DNA of 64,000 bases from Ophelia neglecta (lineage: Eukaryota), in contig OZ260664.1 in NCBI GenBank assembly GCA_965285935.1, forward strand, positions 92,442,001 through 92,506,000. Direction: 5' to 3'. The notes under the pieces were generated by a model. It did no database searches. It was given only the letters and a program-made list of their open reading frames with translations, and was not told where the DNA came from. The translations under genes were made by a program, and so were the position numbers. This document shows, piece by piece, positions 1 to 8,990 of the stretch. Every line of letters begins with the position of its first letter. Position 1 is the first letter of the stretch.

Positions 1-2547
1 GGAAAGTACTTGTACATTACACTTGTTATCTACATAATACCACTGCCCACTGTGGATCGTGTGAACAGCTTTAAAGATTTATCCAATCTAAATTTTTGAG
101 AAGGTAAATTACTAACAATGTATTTAATTGACTATAAAAAGTGATATATCCATTTATTTTTGCCTTTTGAACGATGAATACATTAGGCAAGGATGCATAC
201 TTGATTTTGAACTTTGCATGTAAAGGGGACAAATTGTTTGCAGCACAGTTAAACATATTTCTGCTATTTGACATTCTTTTGTTTTCAAGGATGATCTACT
301 GTCACCATTCCGAAACAAAAACAAGATGTTTCTACCTGGTACACAACAATGTCCTGAATAATATCCATGGCAGCCAAGCGCACAATTACAATGGATGCAT
401 TCTCCGTCATCTGAACTGCTATTGCTCTCAAAATCAATTTCTCGTTGATGTCATAACTTTAGAAGTTTGATTGTTGATACAATTTTGATTTCCATGTCAA
501 CATTGGGGCAGTCGAACTTGCCAGTTATGAAAATTGGCAACGTTGACCAATAAATTGAAGACTTTTTATAGTTCAAAGCAGTTAGTAAGAATGTTCTTAT
601 TTGTATGTACATTTTGCTTATTTATGCATTTCTGCTTCTTGTCTGAAGAAACGCAGATATGAAAAGGGTGCCTATTCCACATAGTATTTCCTTAAATTAA
701 AACATGGTTCTGCCGTGTACTTTTTAAGTTTACACGGTACATAATATAATTACTGACATAATAGACCAAATTAATACAACATTTACATAACTTGCATATT
801 AATGGTAATACAATATTTTATGCTTGTTTACATTTTAAGGAAATACTAATAGTAACACATTTCGCATACCTCCAATCGTTCAAACTTACATATCGTGCAC
901 CATTGGGGGCAACACAATAGATATAATGAAATTTTGTCTTGCTTAACTTATCCGATCGTCATTAGTATCCAATAATTTCTTTTCGACTTTGAAAAGGAAT
1001 TTTCCAGTATTATTTGAAATTAATTGGACTTCTCAAGCATATTTCACTATTGAGACAGCCGGCCTAGATGAGTGTCCAAAAAACAGCTTTCTCTGTTGCC
1101 GTTTACATATGCCCCATATGAATGTTATTCATGACACTGTGGTATACTTTAACTTCGTATAAAATGGCGACTGTCTGCCAAAGCAATCATAAAAAGAAGA
1201 AAACTTATTGTTTCTGCATTGTCTTGTTTCGTGGGAAACATTTATCGATATCATATTCCGCGAAATATAATAAATATGAAAAGCTAAGGATAAACTAAAT
1301 GCGGCAGTTGATTCCCTGCAGGCACTGGAAAGTCAGTATTTCTATATAATTCGTCAACTCGGTACGAATTCATCAGACATTGTTCGGTGCATACCCACAA
1401 ATATCAACTTTAATGTCCAATGAGAGTAGTGGCCAGGTCCCTCTTGGGAGGCATATCTTTGCTTGACTGTCCTTAGAAATCTGATTTGATTTCCTTTCCT
1501 TCGACATCCATTCTGATGAAGAGTTTTTTCTGATTGATGATAGTATTGTCATATGTTTAAAAGGCCATGTTCGGCCACGAGTGCCGAATATACCATTGTC
1601 AATTTACATATACTACTACCTATAAATTAAAACTATTACCTATCAAGGGAATACCGGAATGACAATGGCAAATAAATGAACATTAATATAAAAAATACCG
1701 GGGCTTAAAACACCAGGACGGCCCAAACGCAAGATCTTTTTAACACAAAAAAATATATATGTGACGTACTGCACATTCAAACCTGAAATAGTTGAATAAA
1801 TAAAGGTTTGGGTTTCTATTAAATCGCTATCAAGCATTATTAGTGACTAGGCACTAGCCTTCTTAATGAGCAATGTACTGCTAGTGACGACGAAACAGTT
1901 CAGTAATAGAGCTTCAACCCCCAACAATGAAACTGGATAAAGTTTATCTGACACCAATGACATATGTACAGACATAAAAAAAAGGCAGAAAAAAACCCTG
2001 TTATTACATATTTCAATGGTATGAATCAATTTCCTTATGATTTGTTAACATAGCGTATAGTCATTTTCTGTCTGATACTTCTGCAACAGAAATTCCATAA
2101 ATCATTTCCTCGGAAAGAGCAGAAATCATTCTAGGAGAGTAATCACATCATGGATTGCCTCCGGCTCAATGTAACTTGCTAAAAGTTCGTTCAGGCGAAT
2201 GATGTGTTAAAACACCGATGTTTCCTGTAACATTATAAAGGACAATAAAGTACATTTACTTTTCCCATGTCACTGTATCACTTGAAGCTACTAGGGCCGA
2301 TGGAAAAGTATGAATAAAAGATTATTGTGTGTAAAGTATAGGGTACATATTTCGGTGTGGCAAATACATTCCAGAAATGCTTATAGGTTTTTAGTATCAC
2401 AAACGTAGCACACGGGAATTTGAAAGTGCTATGATAGCTTACCTAGTTATTACAAAGTACTATATGGTTATTTAGTCGCCTTAACGTTGCGCCAGTACAG
2501 AGTATGGCTTGCACCCATTGTTTTTCTTATCCTTTCTACTATATTCT

Positions 2548-2564
2548 CGGAAATGCCGATTATT
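2548..2564. repeat. Target-site duplication, left copy (17 bp)
   Basis: CGGAAATGCCGATTATT, identical to 8209-8225, abutting the tail of the LINE. Confidence 0.95.
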
Positions 2565-2575
2565 ATTATTATTAT

Positions 2576-2609
<34 letters not shown>

Positions 2610-2622
2610 TTTTATTTTATTT
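2565..2622 (-). other. LINE 3' tail: AATAAA signal, A29, then (TAA)n
   Basis: The + strand shows ATT repeats at 2559-2579, a T-run at 2578-2606 and TTTATT motifs at ~2610-2622. Confidence 0.9.
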
Positions 2623-2836
2623 GTCCAATAATAGTACGTACACAATCGCAATGTAAGATCTAATCACATAAGCAGCCAACAAATTATATACAAATGAAAT
2701 AAAAGTGTATAATTTGGACAGGTTTACAGGTTATAATATATATGAGATATGATTTATGATATATGATATATCTGAATAAAACAAATATAGGCCTATAAAT
2801 ATGTCCTTCAGGGTACATGAATGACAAGACTAAATT

Positions 2837-5800
2837 TTACAAATCTTCCAACTTTGTTATGATTGGTGTCCATTTTTCTAGTCTTTTCGAAAATACACAG
2901 TTATTCTTGCCAATATGCTTTTCTATATAGTAATACTGTTTAATGAAATATAACAGATCAAGCAGCTTAACCGATTTAGAATTACACTTCCTCACATAAA
3001 TATATCTTTTGGACACCATCAGTAGTATATTTATTAACTCAAGATGTGGATCATCATCTACGTAGCCTAACAGAATAGATTTAACATTTCCAATTGGGAG
3101 ACGGCTTACCACAGGGCACAACCAGTTACTTAAGCCTTCCCATAAGGACTGAACTATACGGCAGTTACAAAAAAGGTGTTCGAGGGTCTCCACCCCTGTA
3201 CCACAAAAATCACATTTTGGCGAGTCCTTAATTTTACATTTGTATAACCAACTATTTGTCGGAAGAACCCTATGCAAAATTTTAAATTGAAAAGCTCTTA
3301 GTTTACTTTCAACAGATATACGAAAAGGCAGTAAGAAGAACATTTCCCAGTCTTTTCCTACGAATTCACAATTAACAATCTCAGACCATTTTTGCTTACA
3401 TTTTGCAGATGTGGTATCGCTGTTAATAAATTCCCAATACACAAAACAAGACACCTTTTTACACGTCAATATCTTGGACAAAGCAGGAGAATTGTTATTG
3501 TTTACATTTATATCCTGATGTCTCCAAGTCTGTGGTATACTATCGACTAAGCTTGCATAGTCTAAGAAGTTAATGTCAACATCAAATTTAACTCTAAACT
3601 CATTGTAAGACAAAATAGTACCTGACGTTACATCAAACAAGTCTCTAAACATTTTACACCCATTAGAGTACAATTTTCTTTTCAGTACTTGCAGATTTTC
3701 GTTTTTAATATAACATGATGACCAAATTGGCATATTCATTATAGTATTATTAGTCCCTTCTGTTGACAAATTTACAAATTTACTCCAGCCAGTTAACACT
3801 TGCCTCCAGAATGGATTCTTTAAATACATTGACAAATTAGTTAAAGATGGGGCATCTAGATCCCATATGCTTCCCATATCCATCTGAGGAATAATTACAT
3901 TGAGTAGCTGTTGCCAACCACCTTCAGAGTTTGCTGATTTAACATGTCTATACACCCAAGACATTTTCAAGGAATCAATAAATACATCTAAATCAGTGTA
4001 TTTTAAACCGCCTTTGTCATATGACTTAGACAAAACTGACCGTTTAATTTTTGACCTCCCCCCATTCCATAGAAATTCATTATACAACTTTTTTAGTTCA
4101 TCAATAATACACTTTGACGGACGAGGCAGAACGGACAAGACATGAACCAGTTTTGGTATGGCCAAAGTTTTTATCACAGTCACTTTTCCTAACAGGCTCA
4201 ATGTCCGTCCCGAGTACGCCCTTAAAAGAGCTTTTGTCTCTGTAATTTTATCTCTTAGGTTAATTTCAATCATATTATCTAAGTTTTGAGTGAATTTTAT
4301 TCCCAATAACTTAAAACAGTCGACCCACTTGATCGTGATTTCATCGCACATTTTATTTTGTAGGTGCGAGTTGTGCCCTACCCATACCGCCTGAGTCTTA
4401 TCAATATTAATTCGGAGCCCAGACGTGCTCTCAAACTTTATAAAATTATTCATTGCCGCCCTAAGAGACTGAGGTGACCCGTCCAAGAGCAGGAAGGTGT
4501 CATCCGCGTACTGACCTAAGAGAAATTCATAACCCTCTAATCTAATGCCAACCACCTGTTTGTCATTTTTAAGAGCTTGAGCCAGCGGCTCTATAGCTAA
4601 TATAAACAAGTACGGTGATATGGGGTCACCTTGACGACATCCCCTGCCAAGACTGAAGAACTGTGATGGAAACCCATTGTTAATCACGCAGCTAACTGAA
4701 TTTCTGTAAAGTAAATTAAACCAGGCTAAGAAATTTTCTCCGAAGTCATAAGCGACCAATACCTTTTCAATAAAGCTCCACTCGATTGAATCAAACGCCT
4801 TTTCAAAGTCAACGAGTAGGAGTAGAGCTGTTTGGTGTCTACTTTGTAAGATATCTATAATATCATATACTAATCTAGTGTTTTCGCCTATAAATCTTTC
4901 CTGGAGGAAGCCTTTTTGGTTTTCTCCTATGATGTCTTGTAATGGAGTCTTCATTCTATTAGCTAAAACGGAGGATATACTTTTATAATCAACGTTCAGT
5001 AATGTTATGGGACGCCAGTTTTTCAAATACTGCCTAGGCTTATCCTCTTTCGGTAAACAAGTTATGACCCCCTGTTTTTGAATGGGAGATAATTCTTTGG
5101 TAAGGAAGGCATTATTGATAGATCTCAATAAAAAGTAACCTATTTCATTCCAAAACATCTTGTAAAACTCAACCGGAAATCCATCAGAGCCCGGGGTTTT
5201 ACCGTTAGCCATGTTCTTTATTGCTTCTTTAAGCTCAGATTCCTGAAATGGGCTTTCGCACATTTGTTTCTGTGCATCATTAATTTTATTCACATTAAAG
5301 TTGTTTAAAAAATAATCTAAATGTTTTAAATTGGAACACTTGGAGGAGTACAATGATTTGTAGAATTCTTCAACCTTTCCTAAAACTGATTTCGGATCAG
5401 TAATTTCACTACCGTTGTCATTTACTTTAGATATAAGTTTGGCGGTGTAGTTCCGCTTTTCCAGGCTGCAGAAGTATTTTGTCGCTTTCTCCGCTTCTTC
5501 ATGCCATCGAGATTTCGCCCGTAATAATATGCCTCTTACTCTTTCCTGTCTCATATATTCCAATTCTGACTTTACAATATCAATTGACTCTATAGTGGAG
5601 TTGATTTCCTTATTTGACTGTGAAATGGTCGCAGAGGTTAATTTGGCCTCTAGGGTAAGTATTTTCTCTTCCAGCTGCTTTTCTTTACGCTCTCTCTCCT
5701 TTTTCTTAGCCACCGCATACGAAATAGAAAAACCTCTTACATCTAATTTAACCATTTCGAAGAAGAGTTGGTCGGATATATTTAACTTAATATCCTTTTT

Positions 5801-6652
5801 AGAAAGGTCTTCCCCTGGGGCTGCATATTTGCTAATAGTGTCCCTAATAATTCCCTTTACTTTTTCTATGTATACCGGGTCTTTCAATAGAGATGTATTC
5901 AGTTTCCAAAATCCCCTACCCCTGCTTTGCGTCTTTAATTCAAAGTCAGCAACGACCATGGAGTGATCGGATCGATAGGAGGGGAGAATATCCACCCTAT
6001 CGGTTAGATTAAGCAAATCTTCAGTTACTAAAAAGAAGTCCAGCCTTGCAAATTTTATCGGGCGTTTTTGACGCCATGTATACCTTCTGGTATCAGGGTA
6101 CAATGATCGCCAGGGATCATATAAGTTAAACAATTCGCACATATTTTCGACAACCTCTCTAGACTTTAAATTATTTTCGTTTCTGTAATACTTAGTGTCT
6201 TTTGATTGATCTCTCACTAAGTTCCAGTCTCCGCATATGATAACAGTAGCATTTTCTAATTCATTAACAATATTGGATATATTTAAATAAAACCCTGGAG
6301 TGTCTCTATTTGGCCAATACAATGTGATTAACGTTAACCTAGTGCCTTCAATAGTGATGTCTAACGCAACATAATTCCCTTCTTTGTCTATTTTTGTGCA
6401 ATGAATTTGGAATTCAAAATTGTTGTTAAAGAGCAATGCAACACCTCTACTACATGAGGAGACTGAGCTAAAAATACACTTATAACCCCACTCTTTCTCG
6501 TACTGGTTTTCAAGTTTTGTGGTACAGTGAAAATCTTGAATACAATATAAATTACAATTTTGCTTTCTCAAATACTCAAATATGTCCCTCCTTTTTTTAA
6601 TATCACCCAATCCCCTTGCGTTTAACGTAGCTACCTTGAACATACTGTCCAT
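2837..6652 (-). CDS. LINE ORF2 protein (APE endonuclease, reverse transcriptase, C-terminal CCHC zinc knuckle), 1271 aa, uninterrupted
   Basis: EN motifs NARGL, CIQDFH, GDWN, RLDFF, SDH. The RGRGFWKLNTSLL linker is typical of L1/Tx1. RT motifs KTPGSDGF, NWRPITLLNVDYK, DFEKAFD, GCRQGDPISPYLF and YADD (4499-4510). CX2CX8HX4C = CDFCGTGVETLEHLFCNC (~3161-3214). Confidence 0.97.
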   Translation of the reverse strand: MDSMFKVATLNARGLGDIKKRRDIFEYLRKQNCNLYCIQDFHCTTKLENQYEKEWGYKCIFSSVSSCSRGVALLFNNNFEFQIHCTKIDKEGNYVALDITIEGTRLTLITLYWPNRDTPGFYLNISNIVNELENATVIICGDWNLVRDQSKDTKYYRNENNLKSREVVENMCELFNLYDPWRSLYPDTRRYTWRQKRPIKFARLDFFLVTEDLLNLTDRVDILPSYRSDHSMVVADFELKTQSRGRGFWKLNTSLLKDPVYIEKVKGIIRDTISKYAAPGEDLSKKDIKLNISDQLFFEMVKLDVRGFSISYAVAKKKERERKEKQLEEKILTLEAKLTSATISQSNKEINSTIESIDIVKSELEYMRQERVRGILLRAKSRWHEEAEKATKYFCSLEKRNYTAKLISKVNDNGSEITDPKSVLGKVEEFYKSLYSSKCSNLKHLDYFLNNFNVNKINDAQKQMCESPFQESELKEAIKNMANGKTPGSDGFPVEFYKMFWNEIGYFLLRSINNAFLTKELSPIQKQGVITCLPKEDKPRQYLKNWRPITLLNVDYKSISSVLANRMKTPLQDIIGENQKGFLQERFIGENTRLVYDIIDILQSRHQTALLLLVDFEKAFDSIEWSFIEKVLVAYDFGENFLAWFNLLYRNSVSCVINNGFPSQFFSLGRGCRQGDPISPYLFILAIEPLAQALKNDKQVVGIRLEGYEFLLGQYADDTFLLLDGSPQSLRAAMNNFIKFESTSGLRINIDKTQAVWVGHNSHLQNKMCDEITIKWVDCFKLLGIKFTQNLDNMIEINLRDKITETKALLRAYSGRTLSLLGKVTVIKTLAIPKLVHVLSVLPRPSKCIIDELKKLYNEFLWNGGRSKIKRSVLSKSYDKGGLKYTDLDVFIDSLKMSWVYRHVKSANSEGGWQQLLNVIIPQMDMGSIWDLDAPSLTNLSMYLKNPFWRQVLTGWSKFVNLSTEGTNNTIMNMPIWSSCYIKNENLQVLKRKLYSNGCKMFRDLFDVTSGTILSYNEFRVKFDVDINFLDYASLVDSIPQTWRHQDINVNNNNSPALSKILTCKKVSCFVYWEFINSDTTSAKCKQKWSEIVNCEFVGKDWEMFFLLPFRISVESKLRAFQFKILHRVLPTNSWLYKCKIKDSPKCDFCGTGVETLEHLFCNCRIVQSLWEGLSNWLCPVVSRLPIGNVKSILLGYVDDDPHLELINILLMVSKRYIYVRKCNSKSVKLLDLLYFIKQYYYIEKHIGKNNCVFSKRLEKWTPIITKLEDL

Positions 6653-6761
6653 GTTACAAATACTAAACTGCCACCTTTACATGACACAGCGCAAACATAT
6701 ATTATAACGTTACAATACATTTTCAGAGACGTTTTAAACTTTGCATATAAACAAAGCATCT

Positions 6762-7163
6762 TCAATTGGAGAAGTAAGGGTTCTCGCTGTGATCGTAACC
6801 TTCACTATTACCCCAACTGTGATATGCCGTATTTTCCCCGTAGTCAGCAGTATCGTCCCGCCAGTTCCCATCACGATCAAAAAAGTTATTTCCACGGGGT
6901 CGATATCCAGAATTTCTTTGCTCCCACCTGCGACATGATATGCCATTTGGCCAAAAACCCGGCCCTAGGGCTTTACACACTTGGTCTTTGGGGACAAATA
7001 GTTTACAGCCCACGGAAGTGTCATTGTATCTGTTACGGATAACTCTACAGGACATGATTGTCAACCCTTTGTCCTGTGCATGTCCTCGCACGTCGCGAGC
7101 TATCGAAGCATCTGTTTCGTCATAGTCTACGGCGATGTTCTTAACATATACACTTTCTCCCGA
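6762..7163 (-). CDS. LINE ORF1, C-terminal RRM-like part in the -1 frame
   Basis: Open from just after the TGA at 7166-7164 to 6762 and overlaps the end of the upstream ORF. Reads VYVKNIAVDYDETDASIARDVRGHAQDKGLTIMSCRVIRNRYNDTSVGCKLFVP...FWPNGISCRRW, an RNP2-like start plus the FWPxGIxxRxW ending familiar from invertebrate LINE ORF1s. Confidence 0.75.
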   Translation of the reverse strand, partial: SGESVYVKNIAVDYDETDASIARDVRGHAQDKGLTIMSCRVIRNRYNDTSVGCKLFVPKDQVCKALGPGFWPNGISCRRWEQRNSGYRPRGNNFFDRDGNWRDDTADYGENTAYHSWGNSEGYDHSENPYFSN

Positions 7164-8197
7164 TCAGAGTTCAAATTTTGTTCTCTTTCGATTCGACGCT
7201 GTCGGTCCCGCTGAGTTCTGAGACTCATTCGCATCTCCCATGAATCATTGCCAGTTGTTTCAAGCGGCGATCGCTGGGCTGGGGTGAGGCTTAAGGGAGG
7301 GAAGTCACCTGGGCCATAGGCACTTGTTGACTTTGGGGTCGTGTCCTGAAACAGCTGATCGTTAGCCTTCTGAGAGATTTGGCCCGGTAACAACTTATTG
7401 TTATCGGAGGGGGTCACACCTTCTAAGCTTGTTTGACGTTGTGCACCCGTGTCACTTTTCGCATCATTAACTTTGTCGTTTAACACAAAGGTAGTTTGCG
7501 TTTCACTTGAGCGTACAGCATTTTCATCGGGCTTATTACTCTGCTGACAGCTTGCTGCTACTACATTTTCGGGCCCAGTAATGTCTGAAATGATTTTTCT
7601 GAGAGTCGCATTTTCTTCTTCAAGTTTTTGCACTCTATTCATAAGTGTTTGAATCTGTCCTTCTATTTCCAATCTAACGGATGTGACCAAATCACCCTGT
7701 TTCTGATCCCGTTCTTTGCTTTCCTTTATGTATTGAAACACCTCCGTCATATTCATGGTATAATCTTTCATAGTGGTGTTACGTTTCGCCAATTTGGGTG
7801 TTTTTGTGGCCGATATAATGGGAATTTTCCTGTTTTCTTTATATATATCTTTTGGAAATTCTTCTGTATAGTTTGACACATACAGGAAAAGGTTAATAAT
7901 ATCCTCTGCTAAAGCTTTCTCGCTCCGTCTTTCTTTGAGTTTGAAAAGCTTACCGTCAATGTTTACCTTTTCAGCCGTGCAGAGTGTAGAATACTGCGTC
8001 ACAGCCACGTTCGATATCAAAAGTCTGTTTTCTGCCAAAACTTGTAAATCCACTTCATGCAAAATATCTTCTATCACTTCGGAACCACTTTTGTTGTCCA
8101 AACCACATAGTATTTGGTGAAGAATCGGGTTCGCTCCTGGAATAATCTGTAAATTTCTTTCCTCTCCTATCGACGTGTCCAGTTCGGCTTCCGCCAT
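7127..8197 (-). CDS. LINE ORF1, N-terminal part (356 aa; helical N-terminus, coiled coil, low-complexity linker), stops early because of a frameshift
   Basis: Starts 11 nt inside the 5' TSD boundary, upstream of ORF2 and on the same strand. Heptad-like segment IEGQIQTLMNRVQKLEEENATLRKII. Confidence 0.85.
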   Translation of the reverse strand: MAEAELDTSIGEERNLQIIPGANPILHQILCGLDNKSGSEVIEDILHEVDLQVLAENRLLISNVAVTQYSTLCTAEKVNIDGKLFKLKERRSEKALAEDIINLFLYVSNYTEEFPKDIYKENRKIPIISATKTPKLAKRNTTMKDYTMNMTEVFQYIKESKERDQKQGDLVTSVRLEIEGQIQTLMNRVQKLEEENATLRKIISDITGPENVVAASCQQSNKPDENAVRSSETQTTFVLNDKVNDAKSDTGAQRQTSLEGVTPSDNNKLLPGQISQKANDQLFQDTTPKSTSAYGPGDFPPLSLTPAQRSPLETTGNDSWEMRMSLRTQRDRQRRIEREQNLNSDREKVYMLRTSP

Positions 8198-8201
8198 CTT
8201 G
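8190..8201 (-). promoter_or_regulatory. YY1-type motif (CAAGATGGCGGA) overlapping the ORF1 start codon; candidate internal-promoter element
   Basis: The minus strand 5' end reads GAGGGTCCAAGATGGCGGAAG. This matches the YY1 consensus AAGATGGCG and resembles the YY1 site near the human L1 5' end. Confidence 0.6.
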
Positions 8202-8208
8202 GACCCTC

Positions 8209-8225
8209 CGGAAATGCCGATTATT
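8209..8225. repeat. Target-site duplication, right copy (17 bp)
   Basis: CGGAAATGCCGATTATT, identical to 2548-2564, abutting the 5' end of the LINE. Confidence 0.95.
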
Positions 8226-8589
8226 GACCCGCCCCGTTCCCCTTACCCTCACCCAACTTACATACACCACACCCCTCCCGCCAACCACCGCCTAAACTCA
8301 CCCCGTATAAACACTTGTAAACTAGCAATGGTTCATGCCATCGTGTTTTGTGTAATTTCACGGAAATTTGAGTTTGTTTCAATCCAGATTCTTAAAAATA
8401 ACAACTTATAGCTTTTATTATTGGGGGAATTGAGTTCTGTAAAGTATCACGGGAATCTCTACGACAAACATAAGTAAGTGGGTAATCAAGTCACTGTAAG
8501 ACCAATCTGACCTATTATAGAATCGAAGCCAGGCTTTGTTGATTCAATGAAACAAACCGGATGCACTTGGAAAAACAAACAAACGGAAA

Positions 8590-8990
8590 ATTTCAGAAGG
8601 GTCGGAGCATTTCGATTACTATCGAAAAATAACTTTGACAGCTGTCGTGGATTCAATATTGCTGAACAGAATTGAATGTGTAAGTTCCAACTATAAGTAA
8701 GTATAGATTTCACGGAAACTGAGTTTCTATAATGCTTGTCAAAAATAAAAGAACTCCTTTGATTGTGTAGTTCAACTTTGTCCTTTCATACACGGATGAT
8801 CCCACTAGCTGGTGTTCCTGACGGTTTCTTTTGATTATTAGGGCAATGAAGTTGTGTGGCACCAATTGAAAAATTATTTTAACAGAGCAAAAGAGCGGCA
8901 ACAATATCCACTGGCTTCTGATAACAAGATATTGTTGACGCGTTAGAGTTTTAACCGGCACTACTGGGAAATTATATCAAAGATCAATAT
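8590..8990 (+). mobile_element. Heavily decayed non-LTR reverse transcriptase fragment
   Basis: Fragments across frames follow RT motif order: DYYRKITLTAVVDSILLNRI (~NYRxIxL...ILxNRL), KYRFHGN (~QYGF), NSFDCV (~KAFDSV), AGVPDGF..IRAM. Many stops and frameshifts. Confidence 0.4.

Larger units (their letters stand above)
2565..8208 (-). mobile_element. Full-length non-LTR retrotransposon (LINE), L1/Tx1 group, 5644 bp
   Basis: Two-ORF layout, APE+RT+CCHC ORF2, poly(A) tail (T29 at 2578-2606 on +), and identical 17-bp direct repeats CGGAAATGCCGATTATT at 2548-2564 and 8209-8225. Confidence 0.96.

Noticed and set aside
3900-8120. Plus-strand ORFs inside the LINE (81, 145, 65, 72, 61, 82 and 61 aa)
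   Set aside because: Antisense shadows of ORF1/ORF2 with no independent motifs. There is no evidence for an ORF0-like gene.
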